A stretch of 63,069 nt of DNA from Myxococcota bacterium (GCA_039030515.1 JBCCEA010000024.1:1-63069), one strand, 5' to 3'. Counted from the first letter of the stretch, positions 1-9,604 are shown. The notes: a model not told the origin generated them from the letters alone. A program made the numbers and translations.

Positions 1-329
1 CCTCGCTAGGCCTGAACGACCGCTTGCCACCTTGCTCCTCGTCGTCAGGTACCGACTCGTACCCTCCTCCTCCTCGCTTCGGGGGCGCTGGCCGTTCCGA
101 CCCATCGAGACGCGCTGGGCCGAGGAGCGAAGGCGTACTTTGAGTACGTTGAGCGACGAGCATCGGAGGTAAGCCGCTGTTTGGGCCGACTCAGCGACCA
201 CACGCCAGCGGGCCTAGGTTGGTTCAAACAGCCAGCGCCCCCGAAGCACAGGAGCGAAGGCGTACTTTGAGTACGTTGAGCGACGAGCATCGGAGGTAAG
301 CCGCTGTTTGGGCCGACATAGGCCCGCTG
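1..329. repeat. Modular intergenic repeat family A, locus 1 (about 2 units, cut by window edge)
   Basis: Blocks cctcgctaggcctgaacg, cccatcgagacgcgctgggccgagg, cgtactttgagtacgttgagcgacgagcat and gctgtttgggccgac recur at 9.3-9.6, 19.6-19.9 and 39.2-39.95 kb. Confidence 0.9.
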
Positions 330-331
330 AA

Positions 332-371
332 ATAGCAAGAGGGCGACGCTGGGCTAACCAACGCCGCCCTC
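332..371 (-). terminator. Probable intrinsic terminator of a minus-strand transcript
   Basis: Minus strand reads gagggcggcgttgg-ttagc-ccagcgtcgccctc, a 14-bp stem whose two mismatches are G-U pairs only on this strand, followed by ttgctattt. Confidence 0.65.
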
Positions 372-745
372 CGGGGGCCTCTCACCGCTTCTTGGTGAAG
401 AGGATCGTCGGACTAATCTTCGGACCTAGTGAGTGGTGAAAAGCCCCTGGTACAAGTACTGTGCATCTTGCTTACTCCCCCGGCAGTGCCGGCGCTCTGG
501 GGTCTCTGGGCTCGTCCTCACGCCAGACGCAACTCAGAGCGTTCCATGGTAGGAAGCGAGGACCGAATCGCCCTCGCTCCGCTTCAAATGGCAAGTTTCC
601 ATTGCTGGATTTCGCACCAATGCGGGGCCGAAGCCCAACTGCCAATGGGCTCCGCGACCTCGCCCTATTCGCGCGATCGCTCACGTTTCAATGGTACCCA
701 TCTACTGGGCATCCGGCCAGGGTCCTGTGTGGGTTCGAGGTAAAT
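332..745 (-). ncRNA. Candidate large structured non-coding RNA, family unknown; ends approximate
   Basis: About 9 consecutive hairpins including gggc-UUCG-gccc, long-range closing pairs GGACC/GGUCC and CCUGG/CCAGG, a 3' terminator, and no credible ORF. Confidence 0.55.
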
Positions 746-861
746 CTTCTGCGACATCTTGGAATTAATAAGTGATTCCGGCGTGCTTCCTCTTCTGGGC
801 GCCAGGGCTTTCATCCACTCACGGCAGCGGCGGGGAGGATTCACCGCTGGGTGAGCACGTC

Positions 862-1494
862 TCATCGCTGCAGAAACTGGAGAAATTCATGCAGTCGCAT
901 CACATCAGGCACGAGAAAGCCCTCGTCTACTATTTCGAGAATGCCCAAGCGGGACAGTCGATGGATCACCGACAGGACCTCTCGCTCCCGGGCTTGGGTC
1001 TGCTCACAAATGCCGCGACTGTCGACTGTCACAAGCACGCTTGAATCTCCCTGTGGCCTACCGTTGAACTCAGCTTCCCGAGCAATGCAGAGGATGATGC
1101 GCGCCTTGGGGTCGCGATTCATGAGGATTTCGATCAGGGCGTCTGCGGAATCGAGCCGATGGGCCAGCTTTTGAATCAGGCGAACCGCGATCTCTGCATT
1201 ACTCGAGATCATAGTTTCAAAGGTCTGGGCGTCGAGCTCGAGCAAACGGCTGTCCTCGACAACCTGGGCGGTGGCGGTTCGGCTTTTGTGGTTGAGTAAC
1301 GCCATCTCGCCTAGAAACTCTCCACTGCCGAGCCGGGCCAGGGTTCGCTCCTCGTCGCGAATCCTTTTGGTGATCCGCACCGTTCCAACTTGAACCACGA
1401 ACATGGTGTCCCCGGGGTCTCCCTCACGGAACAGCACGGTTCCCGCGGGGCACTCTCTGCCAAACCGAGCGAACAATCGATCGTCAAGCGTCAT
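862..1494 (-). CDS. Crp/Fnr family cyclic-nucleotide-binding regulator
   Basis: LFREGDPGDTMFVV...GEFLGEMALL...RTATA cNMP domain plus C-terminal HTH-like region; start moved to ATG 1494 (MTLDDRLF) to avoid overlap. Confidence 0.85.
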   Translation of the reverse strand: MTLDDRLFARFGRECPAGTVLFREGDPGDTMFVVQVGTVRITKRIRDEERTLARLGSGEFLGEMALLNHKSRTATAQVVEDSRLLELDAQTFETMISSNAEIAVRLIQKLAHRLDSADALIEILMNRDPKARIILCIAREAEFNGRPQGDSSVLVTVDSRGICEQTQAREREVLSVIHRLSRLGILEIVDEGFLVPDVMRLHEFLQFLQR

Positions 1495-1558
1495 CAGCAA
1501 GCTCAATGTTAACCTGGACGTCGTAAGCCCGTCAAAGGCGCCGCAGCCAAACGCGTTG

Positions 1559-2278
1559 TCAAAATGCGCTGGGTCCATAGGCCTGGGGCTCAGCCGCGAT
1601 CTCCGAGAGGGTTTGAGCCGTAAAGGGCGCAGCGTTCTTATCGATGGCCAGCTGGGTCCTGAGCAATCGTAGATCGCTCGGTCGATCGATATCGTACCAG
1701 GGCGGCAACAACCGGGCGCTGCGGGTCGCGAGCACATCGGAGAGGGTATGCGGACTCGACCACCGTACGCGTTCAAATCGAGGCGCGCTGTCTCGGGCGG
1801 CCACAAGATAAAAGCCGCCGTCTGCGCTGGGGCCAAAGACCAGCGGGGCGTCTCTTAGCGCTTCGATGGCCATCGAGAGAATACGTTTCGGCAGCGTCGG
1901 AGTATCGGTGCCAACCAAAAGACCAGCGCCTTGTTTTTGCAACATGACCTGAAGACTTTGCGTCATGCGCGCTCCCAGATCTCCGGTCGACTGCAGCGCC
2001 GTCTCAATGCCGGCATGCGAGGCGATCTCGTCGAGCTCAGCGGATGGACGCGATTTCCAAAGGCAGACGCGCACCCCAACAAGCGCCTTGAACTTCTCGA
2101 GGGTATCCAGAATGAATGCTCGGTGAAGACGGGCTGCGTCTTGATTCGATACGAGCGTCGTGAGCCGGGTCTTGGTCTCACCTGGAATCGGTGGTTTGGC
2201 AAAAACCGCGGCCGGAATTGAGGTCGCGTTCAAGTAGGAAGCCGGATACGCACCTGGTGGGGATTCCGGGTGCATCAA
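1559..2278 (-). CDS. DUF2064/TIGR04282-type (CofC-like) glycosyltransferase
   Basis: FAKPPIPGETKTRL, QSTGDLGARM, VGTDTP, FGPSADGGFYL, YDIDRPSDL motifs. Confidence 0.85.
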   Translation of the reverse strand: MMHPESPPGAYPASYLNATSIPAAVFAKPPIPGETKTRLTTLVSNQDAARLHRAFILDTLEKFKALVGVRVCLWKSRPSAELDEIASHAGIETALQSTGDLGARMTQSLQVMLQKQGAGLLVGTDTPTLPKRILSMAIEALRDAPLVFGPSADGGFYLVAARDSAPRFERVRWSSPHTLSDVLATRSARLLPPWYDIDRPSDLRLLRTQLAIDKNAAPFTAQTLSEIAAEPQAYGPSAF

Positions 2279-2952
2279 ATAAGGTGTCGCGCCACCAGGT
2301 AGAGGATCTTCGATCCTGCGCTGACGCTGCCGCGCACCGTTCCGCTCACCTTCGACTGCCCGATGCGGCGACGGTAAGACACCGGAACTTCCGCATAGCG
2401 AATCTGACTTTTGGCGGCCTTGATCTGCATCTCGACCGTCCAGCCATAGTTCATATCCTGCATGTTCAGCCCGATGAGGGTCGCGTAGCGAATCGCGCGA
2501 AAGGGCCCGAGGTCGGTATACCGCACCCCGTAGAGCAGACTCAGTAAGCGGGTGGCAAGGGCATTACCAAAACGTTGCTGAGGCGTGAGCGCACCCCTCT
2601 CACGCATGCCCCTGGTGCGGCTTCCCACCACGAAATCGACTTCACCGCGACGGATGGGCGCCACGATCTTCGGCATCTCTTCGGGTAGATCACTGAAGTC
2701 TCCGTCGAGAAAGACAACGACATCGGGAGGATCCGAACGCAGGTACTCCAGTGCTTTAAGGCAAGCAGCCCCGTATCCGCGCCTGGGTTCCTGCACCACC
2801 ACTGCACCGGCCCGCTCCGCAACCACAGCGGTGGCATCGGTAGACCCGTTGTCGGCGACGATGATCTGACGCACGGTGTCCGGTATCGCATTCAGGACCT
2901 TCGGCAGCGCCTCTTCTTCATTGAGTGCGGGAATGACGACATCGATTCGCAT
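2275..2952 (-). CDS. Glycosyltransferase family 2
   Basis: VVIPALNEE, DNGSTD, FLDGD, GWTVEMQ motifs; 4-bp overlap with downstream gene. Confidence 0.9.
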   Translation of the reverse strand: MRIDVVIPALNEEEALPKVLNAIPDTVRQIIVADNGSTDATAVVAERAGAVVVQEPRRGYGAACLKALEYLRSDPPDVVVFLDGDFSDLPEEMPKIVAPIRRGEVDFVVGSRTRGMRERGALTPQQRFGNALATRLLSLLYGVRYTDLGPFRAIRYATLIGLNMQDMNYGWTVEMQIKAAKSQIRYAEVPVSYRRRIGQSKVSGTVRGSVSAGSKILYLVARHLI

Positions 2953-3012
2953 GGGCAGGTTATAGAGTGGCCTTTCAGACGCCCATCCTAGCTCTGCCGA
3001 AGCGCAAGGGGT

Positions 3013-3747
3013 CTAAAGTTCTGAGCGAGGAGACAGAATCTTCAGCGGGTCGATGGCGTCGCCGTCCCTGAGCCACTGGAAATGCAGCCGAGCGCCGCGC
3101 GAAGCCCCGGTGGAGCCGACCTCTGCGAGTATCTGCCCTTTCGCCACGTAACTGCCCGGAGGCACGTGGATCACGCTGCAGTGCGCATAAACGCTCATCT
3201 CGCCACTCGGATGCAGGACCATCGCGGTATTGCCGAGGTGCGCCATCGTGCTGTCCGCGTAGACCACGAGTCCGTGATCTGCAGCTCGGATCGGCGTGCC
3301 TTCACGAGCAGACCAGTCCACCCCTCGATGGGACAAATGGGCGTTCGTCTCACTGCCCGGCTGAAACCCGCGGATCAATACGCCCTGCGGGAGCGGGTGG
3401 TGCATCGCCCCTCCACCGGGGACGCCTTGAACCGCATCGAACCATTCCGGTCGTACGCCAGAGCGAAGCAAGTCTAACGCGGCCTCATGGGTCCCCAGTC
3501 CCAAGTCTTCGGCGCGCTGCCGGGCGCTTCCTCTTGGCAAAACTTTTCTGGGTTCCTCAAGCTCTCGAAATGCCGTCGTCGATGACCCGGCTGATTCGGA
3601 GCGGGCACCTGAAACGCTGCGACTCTTGGTGTGGGAAGGTGGGGGGGCCGCATTGGCAGTCCATTGCGGAATGGTAGACAGGATCAGCACGTCGATCGTG
3701 CCAAGGAGCGCCATCAGGGGCAGCCATCGTTTTCGTTGTTCCGCCAT
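3013..3747 (-). CDS. M23 family peptidase-domain protein with N-terminal hydrophobic segment
   Basis: HRGVD, GTPIRAA, YAHC, GSTGASRGARLHF; start placed at MAEQRKRW. Confidence 0.8.
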   Translation of the reverse strand: MAEQRKRWLPLMALLGTIDVLILSTIPQWTANAAPPPSHTKSRSVSGARSESAGSSTTAFRELEEPRKVLPRGSARQRAEDLGLGTHEAALDLLRSGVRPEWFDAVQGVPGGGAMHHPLPQGVLIRGFQPGSETNAHLSHRGVDWSAREGTPIRAADHGLVVYADSTMAHLGNTAMVLHPSGEMSVYAHCSVIHVPPGSYVAKGQILAEVGSTGASRGARLHFQWLRDGDAIDPLKILSPRSEL

Positions 3748-3855
3748 CTCCACCAAAGCTTCGAACGATAGGTGGTGCAACTTGAGCGGACTGTAGCGAT
3801 ATGCCCCCACCGTGTTGCGACGCGTCTCGGTCTTGCTATTGATACGCTCTTGTCG

Positions 3856-5292
3856 ATGCCACGTACCATTCACTTTGTATCCCTCGGCTGCGCCAAAAAC
3901 CGCGTGGATACCGAAGTGATGCTGGGCGTTTCCGACAATGCAGGATTTCAGCATGTCGGTAACCCAGAAGATGCGGAGGTGGTGGTCGTCAACACCTGCG
4001 GATTCATCGGTCCGGCAAAAGAAGAGTCGATCGAGACGATCTTGGAGATGGCGCAGCTCAAGGACGCGGGGACGTGCAAACAGCTCGTGGTGACCGGTTG
4101 CCTCGCACAGCGATATGCCGATGACCTCGCCAAGTCCCTACCCGAAGTCGACCATTTTCTCGGCTCGAGCGATATGCTGCGGCTGGCGGCCGTACTTCAG
4201 GGAAAAGCCCCAAGAGTGCAGGTAGGCAACCCCGCAGACTACGTGCAGTCGAGTCAGGACCCAAGACTGCTCTCCCAGAGAGGCTACAGCGCTTACCTCA
4301 AAATCGCAGAGGGATGCAATCGACGTTGCAGCTTCTGCGCCATCCCTTCGATCCGAGGGCTGCAGCGTTCGCGTTCGGTACGCGACCTCACTGCGGAAGC
4401 CCAACGCCTCGCCGATCAAGGGGTTCGAGAGCTGAATCTTGTAAGCCAAGACACAATCGCTTACGGACGCGATCGAGACGAGCGACCGGATCTGAGCGAT
4501 CTGCTCGAGAGCCTCGGCACGGTCTCGGGGATCGAGTGGATTCGGCTACACTATCTCTATCCGGAAACCCTCAAGCCTCGTTTGATTGAGCTACTGAGGG
4601 ATCACCCTCGGATTCTCCCGTACATCGATATGCCGCTGCAGCATGTATCCGACCCGATGCTGCGTAGGATGCGCCGAGGCCACGGGGGCGATCGGATTTA
4701 CAAGGTTGTCGAAAGGCTCCGAAACGCCCTACCCGACCGGGTATTTCGCACGACTTTTGTCGTGGGCCATCCTGGTGAAACAGCGAGTGATTTCGAGGAG
4801 CTGATGCGGTTTGTTGCCTGGGCAGAATTCGACCACGTGGGCGTATTTCAATACTCGCACGAAGAAGGCACCCATGCCGGCGATATGGAGCACGACGTCG
4901 ATGCCGCGATCGCTCTTGAGCGCTGTGAGCGCTTGATGGATCTTCAACGTGAGATCAGTCGGCGCAGGCTTTCCTCTCGAGTAGGTGAACGTCTGAAGGT
5001 GCTCGTCGAAGGGATCAGCGAAGAGAGCGAGTTACTGCTCGAGGGACGCTACTGGGGTCAGGCGGCGGATGTGGATGGAACGATCTATCTCGCCAACGGC
5101 TCGGCCACTCCGGGCAGCTTCCGAGAGGTTCTGGTGACCGCTGCGACCGAGTACGATCTGGTGGCGGATATGCTCTCTGAGGATGGCGTGCACGATACTC
5201 CCGAGCACATCACGTTTGAGGGCTCAGTGCATACCGCGTCAGCCCATACTGCGATCGAAAGCAGGCCCAGAGTTCGGCTTCCCGTGCTCTGA
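3856..5292 (+). CDS. rimO: Ribosomal protein S12 methylthiotransferase
   Basis: SLGCAKNRVDTE, NTCGFI, radical SAM CNRRCSFC, C-terminal TRAM with QAADVDG. Confidence 0.95.
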   Translation: MPRTIHFVSLGCAKNRVDTEVMLGVSDNAGFQHVGNPEDAEVVVVNTCGFIGPAKEESIETILEMAQLKDAGTCKQLVVTGCLAQRYADDLAKSLPEVDHFLGSSDMLRLAAVLQGKAPRVQVGNPADYVQSSQDPRLLSQRGYSAYLKIAEGCNRRCSFCAIPSIRGLQRSRSVRDLTAEAQRLADQGVRELNLVSQDTIAYGRDRDERPDLSDLLESLGTVSGIEWIRLHYLYPETLKPRLIELLRDHPRILPYIDMPLQHVSDPMLRRMRRGHGGDRIYKVVERLRNALPDRVFRTTFVVGHPGETASDFEELMRFVAWAEFDHVGVFQYSHEEGTHAGDMEHDVDAAIALERCERLMDLQREISRRRLSSRVGERLKVLVEGISEESELLLEGRYWGQAADVDGTIYLANGSATPGSFREVLVTAATEYDLVADMLSEDGVHDTPEHITFEGSVHTASAHTAIESRPRVRLPVL

Positions 5293-5324
5293 AGCTACCT
5301 CCGCCTCGAACGAGGGTCGCATGA

Positions 5325-5846
5325 TCAAGTCTGACCGGTGTTGCCTTGAATCTTTTCGCCAAGAAAGGCCCCAGGGAGCGTGACCATGACGCCGAGCAGG
5401 CCTCCGGTAATGTAGGCCAGCATGGAAAGTTCATACACGTCTGCGATCCACCAGAGATAGGCGATCGTGGGCAACACGGCGATCATCGCGCCTACTGCGG
5501 GTTCGAAGAACGTCTTTCCCGGTGAAATCATGCCGACGATGATCCCTCCGAGGAACCAAAGCCCGGCCGAGATGAGCAACCCCGGCAAACCCTGTGGGTC
5601 GTAAGCATCGATCACGAGAGGCAAAACGCCCAGGATCACTGTCTGAAGCAACATGTAGATCGAAAAGGAAATAAACACCCATTTCCACTCGAATCCATCC
5701 TGCTGGTTTTGCCGGGCGAGGAGTTCGTCATCTTCGTACTCGGATCGAATTTCTTCGATCCTGGCGCCGCAAGAATTACAGCGTTTCGCATTTGCGGGGT
5801 TCTTCGCACCGCACACGGCACACACGATTTGGTCGGGGGCTGCCAT
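5325..5846 (-). CDS. Zinc-ribbon membrane protein
   Basis: CAVCGAKNPANAKRCNSCG followed by four hydrophobic segments. Confidence 0.75.
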   Translation of the reverse strand: MAAPDQIVCAVCGAKNPANAKRCNSCGARIEEIRSEYEDDELLARQNQQDGFEWKWVFISFSIYMLLQTVILGVLPLVIDAYDPQGLPGLLISAGLWFLGGIIVGMISPGKTFFEPAVGAMIAVLPTIAYLWWIADVYELSMLAYITGGLLGVMVTLPGAFLGEKIQGNTGQT

Positions 5847-5986
5847 CACCAACTCCATCTGCCTGGGCGCAAATGGCCAGGAAGCGCCCCTAGTCTCGCC
5901 GCAGCAGGCCATCGAGTGCAACCATTTCGACTAGAAGCTGAAAAGATCGCCCACGCATCCCCACACCGCTCTTAGTATATCTCGAA

Positions 5987-7429
5987 ATGTCGCGCAGAGG
6001 ATGGTTCGAGCTAAGCGACGACGGGTGGCGCAATCTCGCGACCTCTCGACCCATCGGCAGATTGCTGCTTGAAGCGGTTCAGAACGCGTTCGACGAGAAC
6101 GCTGCGCATGTGCAGGTCGGACTCTCTGAATCCGCTATCTCCGTGGAGGACAACGGTCTCGTTGGATTCGAGGACGACCGTCTGATCTACACCTTGTTTC
6201 TGTCCACCAAGCGGGACGATCCAGAATGCCGGGGCCGGATAGGTCGCGGACTCAAAGAACTGATCGCCGCGGTGGACTCCGCCACAGTGGAAACCGCTGT
6301 AAGCACGGTGCAATTTGACGAAAACGGTAGAATTCGACTTCCGAATTCACGAACCGACGGGACACGAATCACGCTACGCCGATCGTTTACCCCCGAGGAA
6401 CTCGCCGAGGCTCGAAGATTGCTACAGCTGTGTATTCCACCAAAAGGTACCCGGCTCATCGTCGACCGGGAGACCCTGAAGCGACCACAACTCTTTCTTT
6501 CACTGACCGGAGAGCTGGAATCCATTGCGGTGGAGCGTGGAGTGGAACGCGCCGAAACCGCCACGACTACGATCGCCCTCTACACCCCCAACGATGGGTG
6601 CACACCTCATCTCTTCGAAATGGGGGTGCCTATCGCAGCCTGGGAGGTTCCCTGGCACGTGGATGTCGGACAGAGGGTGCCTCTGATTCAGGGTAGGGAC
6701 GGGGTGCCGGAACGCTTTCGCTTGCAGGTGCAGGCGACGCTCTTGGAGGCCATGGTTCATTCGTATCTCAACCGTAAGGAGCTCAAAGCGAACTGGGTCC
6801 ACGAGGTGATCGGCCGTTGGCCGCTGAGCAGTTCGGTGCTGGATGCCTACTGTTCGCGAGCGTTCCCACGAGGCGCCATTCTCGGTGGTACCCGTAGAGC
6901 CAACGACCGTGCGAAACAGCTGGGCGCACACGTGATCGACGTCTCGGCGGTGCCCCACAAAACCTATCTGACCTTGGGTCGGGTTTTGGAATACGCCGAC
7001 GACTACGTGAGGCGTCGTTCCATCGAGTTTCTGGGAGAAGACGTCGATCCTACCGAGTCGCAGCTAAGGTTTGCGGCAGCCGTGCGCTGGCTAGCACGTC
7101 GCATTGCGGGCAGAGTCGTGCGCATCCGCTTCTTTGCGAGAGATCCAAACGATGCCGGACTTATCGAAGACGCAACAACGGACCCTGACGCACGGATTAT
7201 TTCCTTCAACGTCCGGGGTCCACTCTGTTTTGAGGACATTCTCGAACCGACCACGCTCGGAGTGGTTCTGCATGAAATGGCCCATTTGGAGACGCCTGAG
7301 CATGGACACCGATTCATCGATCGACTGCAGTTCTTGAGCGGCCAAATGGTCAAGCTGGTGATCGAGGCTGATGCGGGGTTCGCAGACAGGCTTCGAGCTG
7401 GCGATCCGGACACCTCAAGGGAAACCTAG
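5987..7429 (+). CDS. GHKL (HSP90/MutL-like) ATPase with C-terminal HExxH metalloprotease-like motif
   Basis: EAVQNAFD (N box), VEDNG (G1), GRIGRGLK (G2), DGTRI; C-terminal VVLHEMAHL...HGHRF. Confidence 0.7.
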   Translation: MSRRGWFELSDDGWRNLATSRPIGRLLLEAVQNAFDENAAHVQVGLSESAISVEDNGLVGFEDDRLIYTLFLSTKRDDPECRGRIGRGLKELIAAVDSATVETAVSTVQFDENGRIRLPNSRTDGTRITLRRSFTPEELAEARRLLQLCIPPKGTRLIVDRETLKRPQLFLSLTGELESIAVERGVERAETATTTIALYTPNDGCTPHLFEMGVPIAAWEVPWHVDVGQRVPLIQGRDGVPERFRLQVQATLLEAMVHSYLNRKELKANWVHEVIGRWPLSSSVLDAYCSRAFPRGAILGGTRRANDRAKQLGAHVIDVSAVPHKTYLTLGRVLEYADDYVRRRSIEFLGEDVDPTESQLRFAAAVRWLARRIAGRVVRIRFFARDPNDAGLIEDATTDPDARIISFNVRGPLCFEDILEPTTLGVVLHEMAHLETPEHGHRFIDRLQFLSGQMVKLVIEADAGFADRLRAGDPDTSRET

Positions 7430-7492
7430 AAGAGACCAGGCCGTTCGCAGCCCGGGAGACAGCGTTCGGAGACGTCTCGGGGCAGGAGGCGA

Positions 7493-8374
7493 TCAATGTG
7501 CCGAAGGATGCCTCACGACACGCACATGAATGATAAGACAGGCGATCACGCTCAAGGCGGCGAGACCCTGACTCAGAGTGATCGAGAATATTGTGATCGC
7601 CTGAGCATGTTCCGCCCGAATCGAATCGAATCCGATTCGAAAAAAAGCGTAAAGCATGAGCACGATAAGAAAGGCTTGTCCACGGTATTGGCGATACTGC
7701 TGTAAAATCATCCCGATCAAAAAGAGAAATCCTCCGAGCGCGGCTTCATAGAGCTGTACGGGATGAACCGAAAGAGAATGGGACGCATCGGACGCGAGTC
7801 CGTAGTGCGTTACGTGATGGGCGAAGACAGGTGAGCCGTTGGTACGGAACGGCGCAATCGTGTCGTCGCCCGAGGGTGGCCATGCCGGAAAGCGCCCCAG
7901 CTCCGCAAGCCATTGAGGTGCCTGCTCGGGTAGTGGACGTCCAAAATCACAACCATAAAGGTAGCAGCCGACGCGGATAAAGAGCACGCAGGCACCGACC
8001 ATTGGTGCCGCGACGTCGGCCCAGGTACCAAAATCCACGCGATGACGTCGGCAGTAGAGGAAGGAACTAAGCGTTCCGGTCAGCAAACTCCCAAAACCGA
8101 GTATTCCGCCGCGATCCAGTTCCAACCAGTGGTCTAGAGACCGAAACTCGGATGCGTGTTCGAGAGCAAAAAGCAGATGCCCACCGATAAGACCCGCGAG
8201 GACACTCGCCCAAAATGCATCCACCATCCAGCCTCTGGGTAAACCCTCCTCTTCAGAACCGAAGTGGAGTACGAAGTACCAGGACATCAGGATCGCCAGG
8301 AAGAGCGTGACGCTGTAGCTATGAAGAGGAAGGATGCCCCAAGGAGTTGGAAGTTCGAGAAGCGTGGGATGCAT
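7493..8374 (-). CDS. lgt: Prolipoprotein diacylglyceryl transferase family protein
   Basis: MHPTL start, RVGCYLYGCDFG, HPVQLYE, RIGFDSIR; multi-pass membrane protein. Confidence 0.85.
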   Translation of the reverse strand: MHPTLLELPTPWGILPLHSYSVTLFLAILMSWYFVLHFGSEEEGLPRGWMVDAFWASVLAGLIGGHLLFALEHASEFRSLDHWLELDRGGILGFGSLLTGTLSSFLYCRRHRVDFGTWADVAAPMVGACVLFIRVGCYLYGCDFGRPLPEQAPQWLAELGRFPAWPPSGDDTIAPFRTNGSPVFAHHVTHYGLASDASHSLSVHPVQLYEAALGGFLFLIGMILQQYRQYRGQAFLIVLMLYAFFRIGFDSIRAEHAQAITIFSITLSQGLAALSVIACLIIHVRVVRHPSAH

Positions 8375-8656
8375 CGTAACTTTGGAGCCCGCAAACGGGC
8401 TCTTCAAAGCAAGGTTGTCTCGTGTTCGCCGTAACGACCAGCCATTCGAACCTAATGTGTCGAACTTCCTATGACTCGGTTTCGGGTCGGCGTGAAAACG
8501 CGTGAGTCAGCTGCAAGCGTACGGGGAAGTTCGTCATACTTGCAGCTGGTCTGTTCGGGAGTAGGGCAGATAACGGGGCAGGAACAAGCAGCTCGAGGCG
8601 CCGGATCGCATCTAAACGGCAGCTATGCCTGAAGCGTCGACGCGCCTGCCGTGTCC

Positions 8657-9100
8657 TCAGCCTCCACCGTATACTGGACCATCATCACGTTTTTCATCGC
8701 GATCGCGTTCTCTGCTGTCATCGCGTTCTCTACTTCTACTGCGCTCTCTGCTGTCATCGCGTTCTCTACTTCTACTGCGCTCTCTGCTGTCATCGCGTTC
8801 TCTACTTCTACCGCGTTCTCTGCTGTCATCGCGTTCTCTACTTCTACCGCGTTCTCGGGCGACGCTGACGTTGATGCGGCGTCCCTCGAAATCTTTGTCG
8901 TTATACTCTTCGATCGCCTTCTCGGCGTCTTCCTTGGCGGCAAACTCTACGAAGCCAAATCCTCGGGAATCACCGGTGTCGTGATCGACGATAACTTTGG
9001 CCGAGAGCACTTCGCCAATCTTGTTGAAATATTCGTGAAGACTCTGGTCGGTGGTTGAATAGGAAAGCCCCCCGACAAACAATTTCGATGACGATGACAT
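8657..9100 (-). CDS. RRM RNA-binding protein with Arg/Ser/Asp/Glu repeat tail
   Basis: RNP2 LFVGGL, RNP1 RGFGFVEF; tail (RERG/SRSRERDDS)x4. Confidence 0.92.
   Translation of the reverse strand: MSSSSKLFVGGLSYSTTDQSLHEYFNKIGEVLSAKVIVDHDTGDSRGFGFVEFAAKEDAEKAIEEYNDKDFEGRRINVSVARERGRSRERDDSRERGRSRERDDSRERSRSRERDDSRERSRSRERDDSRERDRDEKRDDGPVYGGG
8700..8858 (-). repeat. 36-bp coding tandem repeat, about 4.3 copies
   Basis: ctctgctgtcatcgcgttctctacttctac.gcg. repeated within the RRM gene. Confidence 0.9.
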
Positions 9101-9339
9101 GTAGTTTACCTATCTGGCGCTTCTTACAAAAACGAAGGTGATCGGACCGTCTGCTGAGCGAGCGCTACTTCAACACCCGAACTTCCGCTTTTACGGAAGC
9201 GCCCTCGAAGACTAGACAGCGAAGAAGCGCGGAATTGCACGTCTCATCGTCCAGTCCCCAGGAATGGCGCCACGCTAGCAGGTGCATCTAGAAAGTTCAA
9301 TCGACTCAGAGCCGGACCTCTGCAAGTCATCAGCTAAGC

Positions 9340-9604
9340 AACCAACCCCCAGCGCCCCCAGCACGCCTCGCTAGGCCTGAACGCCTGCTTTCCTCCCATG
9401 CTCGGAACTCGAAGTAGCCGAACTACTCCTTCGCTCCTGCGCGTGCGGGGCGCTAAGCGTTCAAACCCATCGAGACGCGCTGGGCCGAGGAGGACGAGCG
9501 TACTCTGAGTACGTTGAGCGACGAGCACCTTCGGTCAGCGGATGTTTGGGCCGACATAGGTCCGCTGGGAGGCAGCGGATGTTTGGGCCGACCTAGCCCC
9601 GCTG
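9340..9604. repeat. Modular intergenic repeat family A, locus 2
   Basis: Same blocks as 1-329; last block overlaps the aroE stop codon. Confidence 0.9.

Noticed and set aside
409..515. Group I intron, because minus-strand AAGAUUAGUCC and CAGAGAC resemble the S and R elements
   Set aside because: The GACUA needed for P7 pairing is absent (reads CAGAGACCC) and no interrupted host gene is evident; kept only as an unknown structured RNA
8508..8548. Inverted repeat cagctgcaag/cttgcagctg as terminator of the RRM gene
   Set aside because: Large loop and no U-tract, so no function can be assigned
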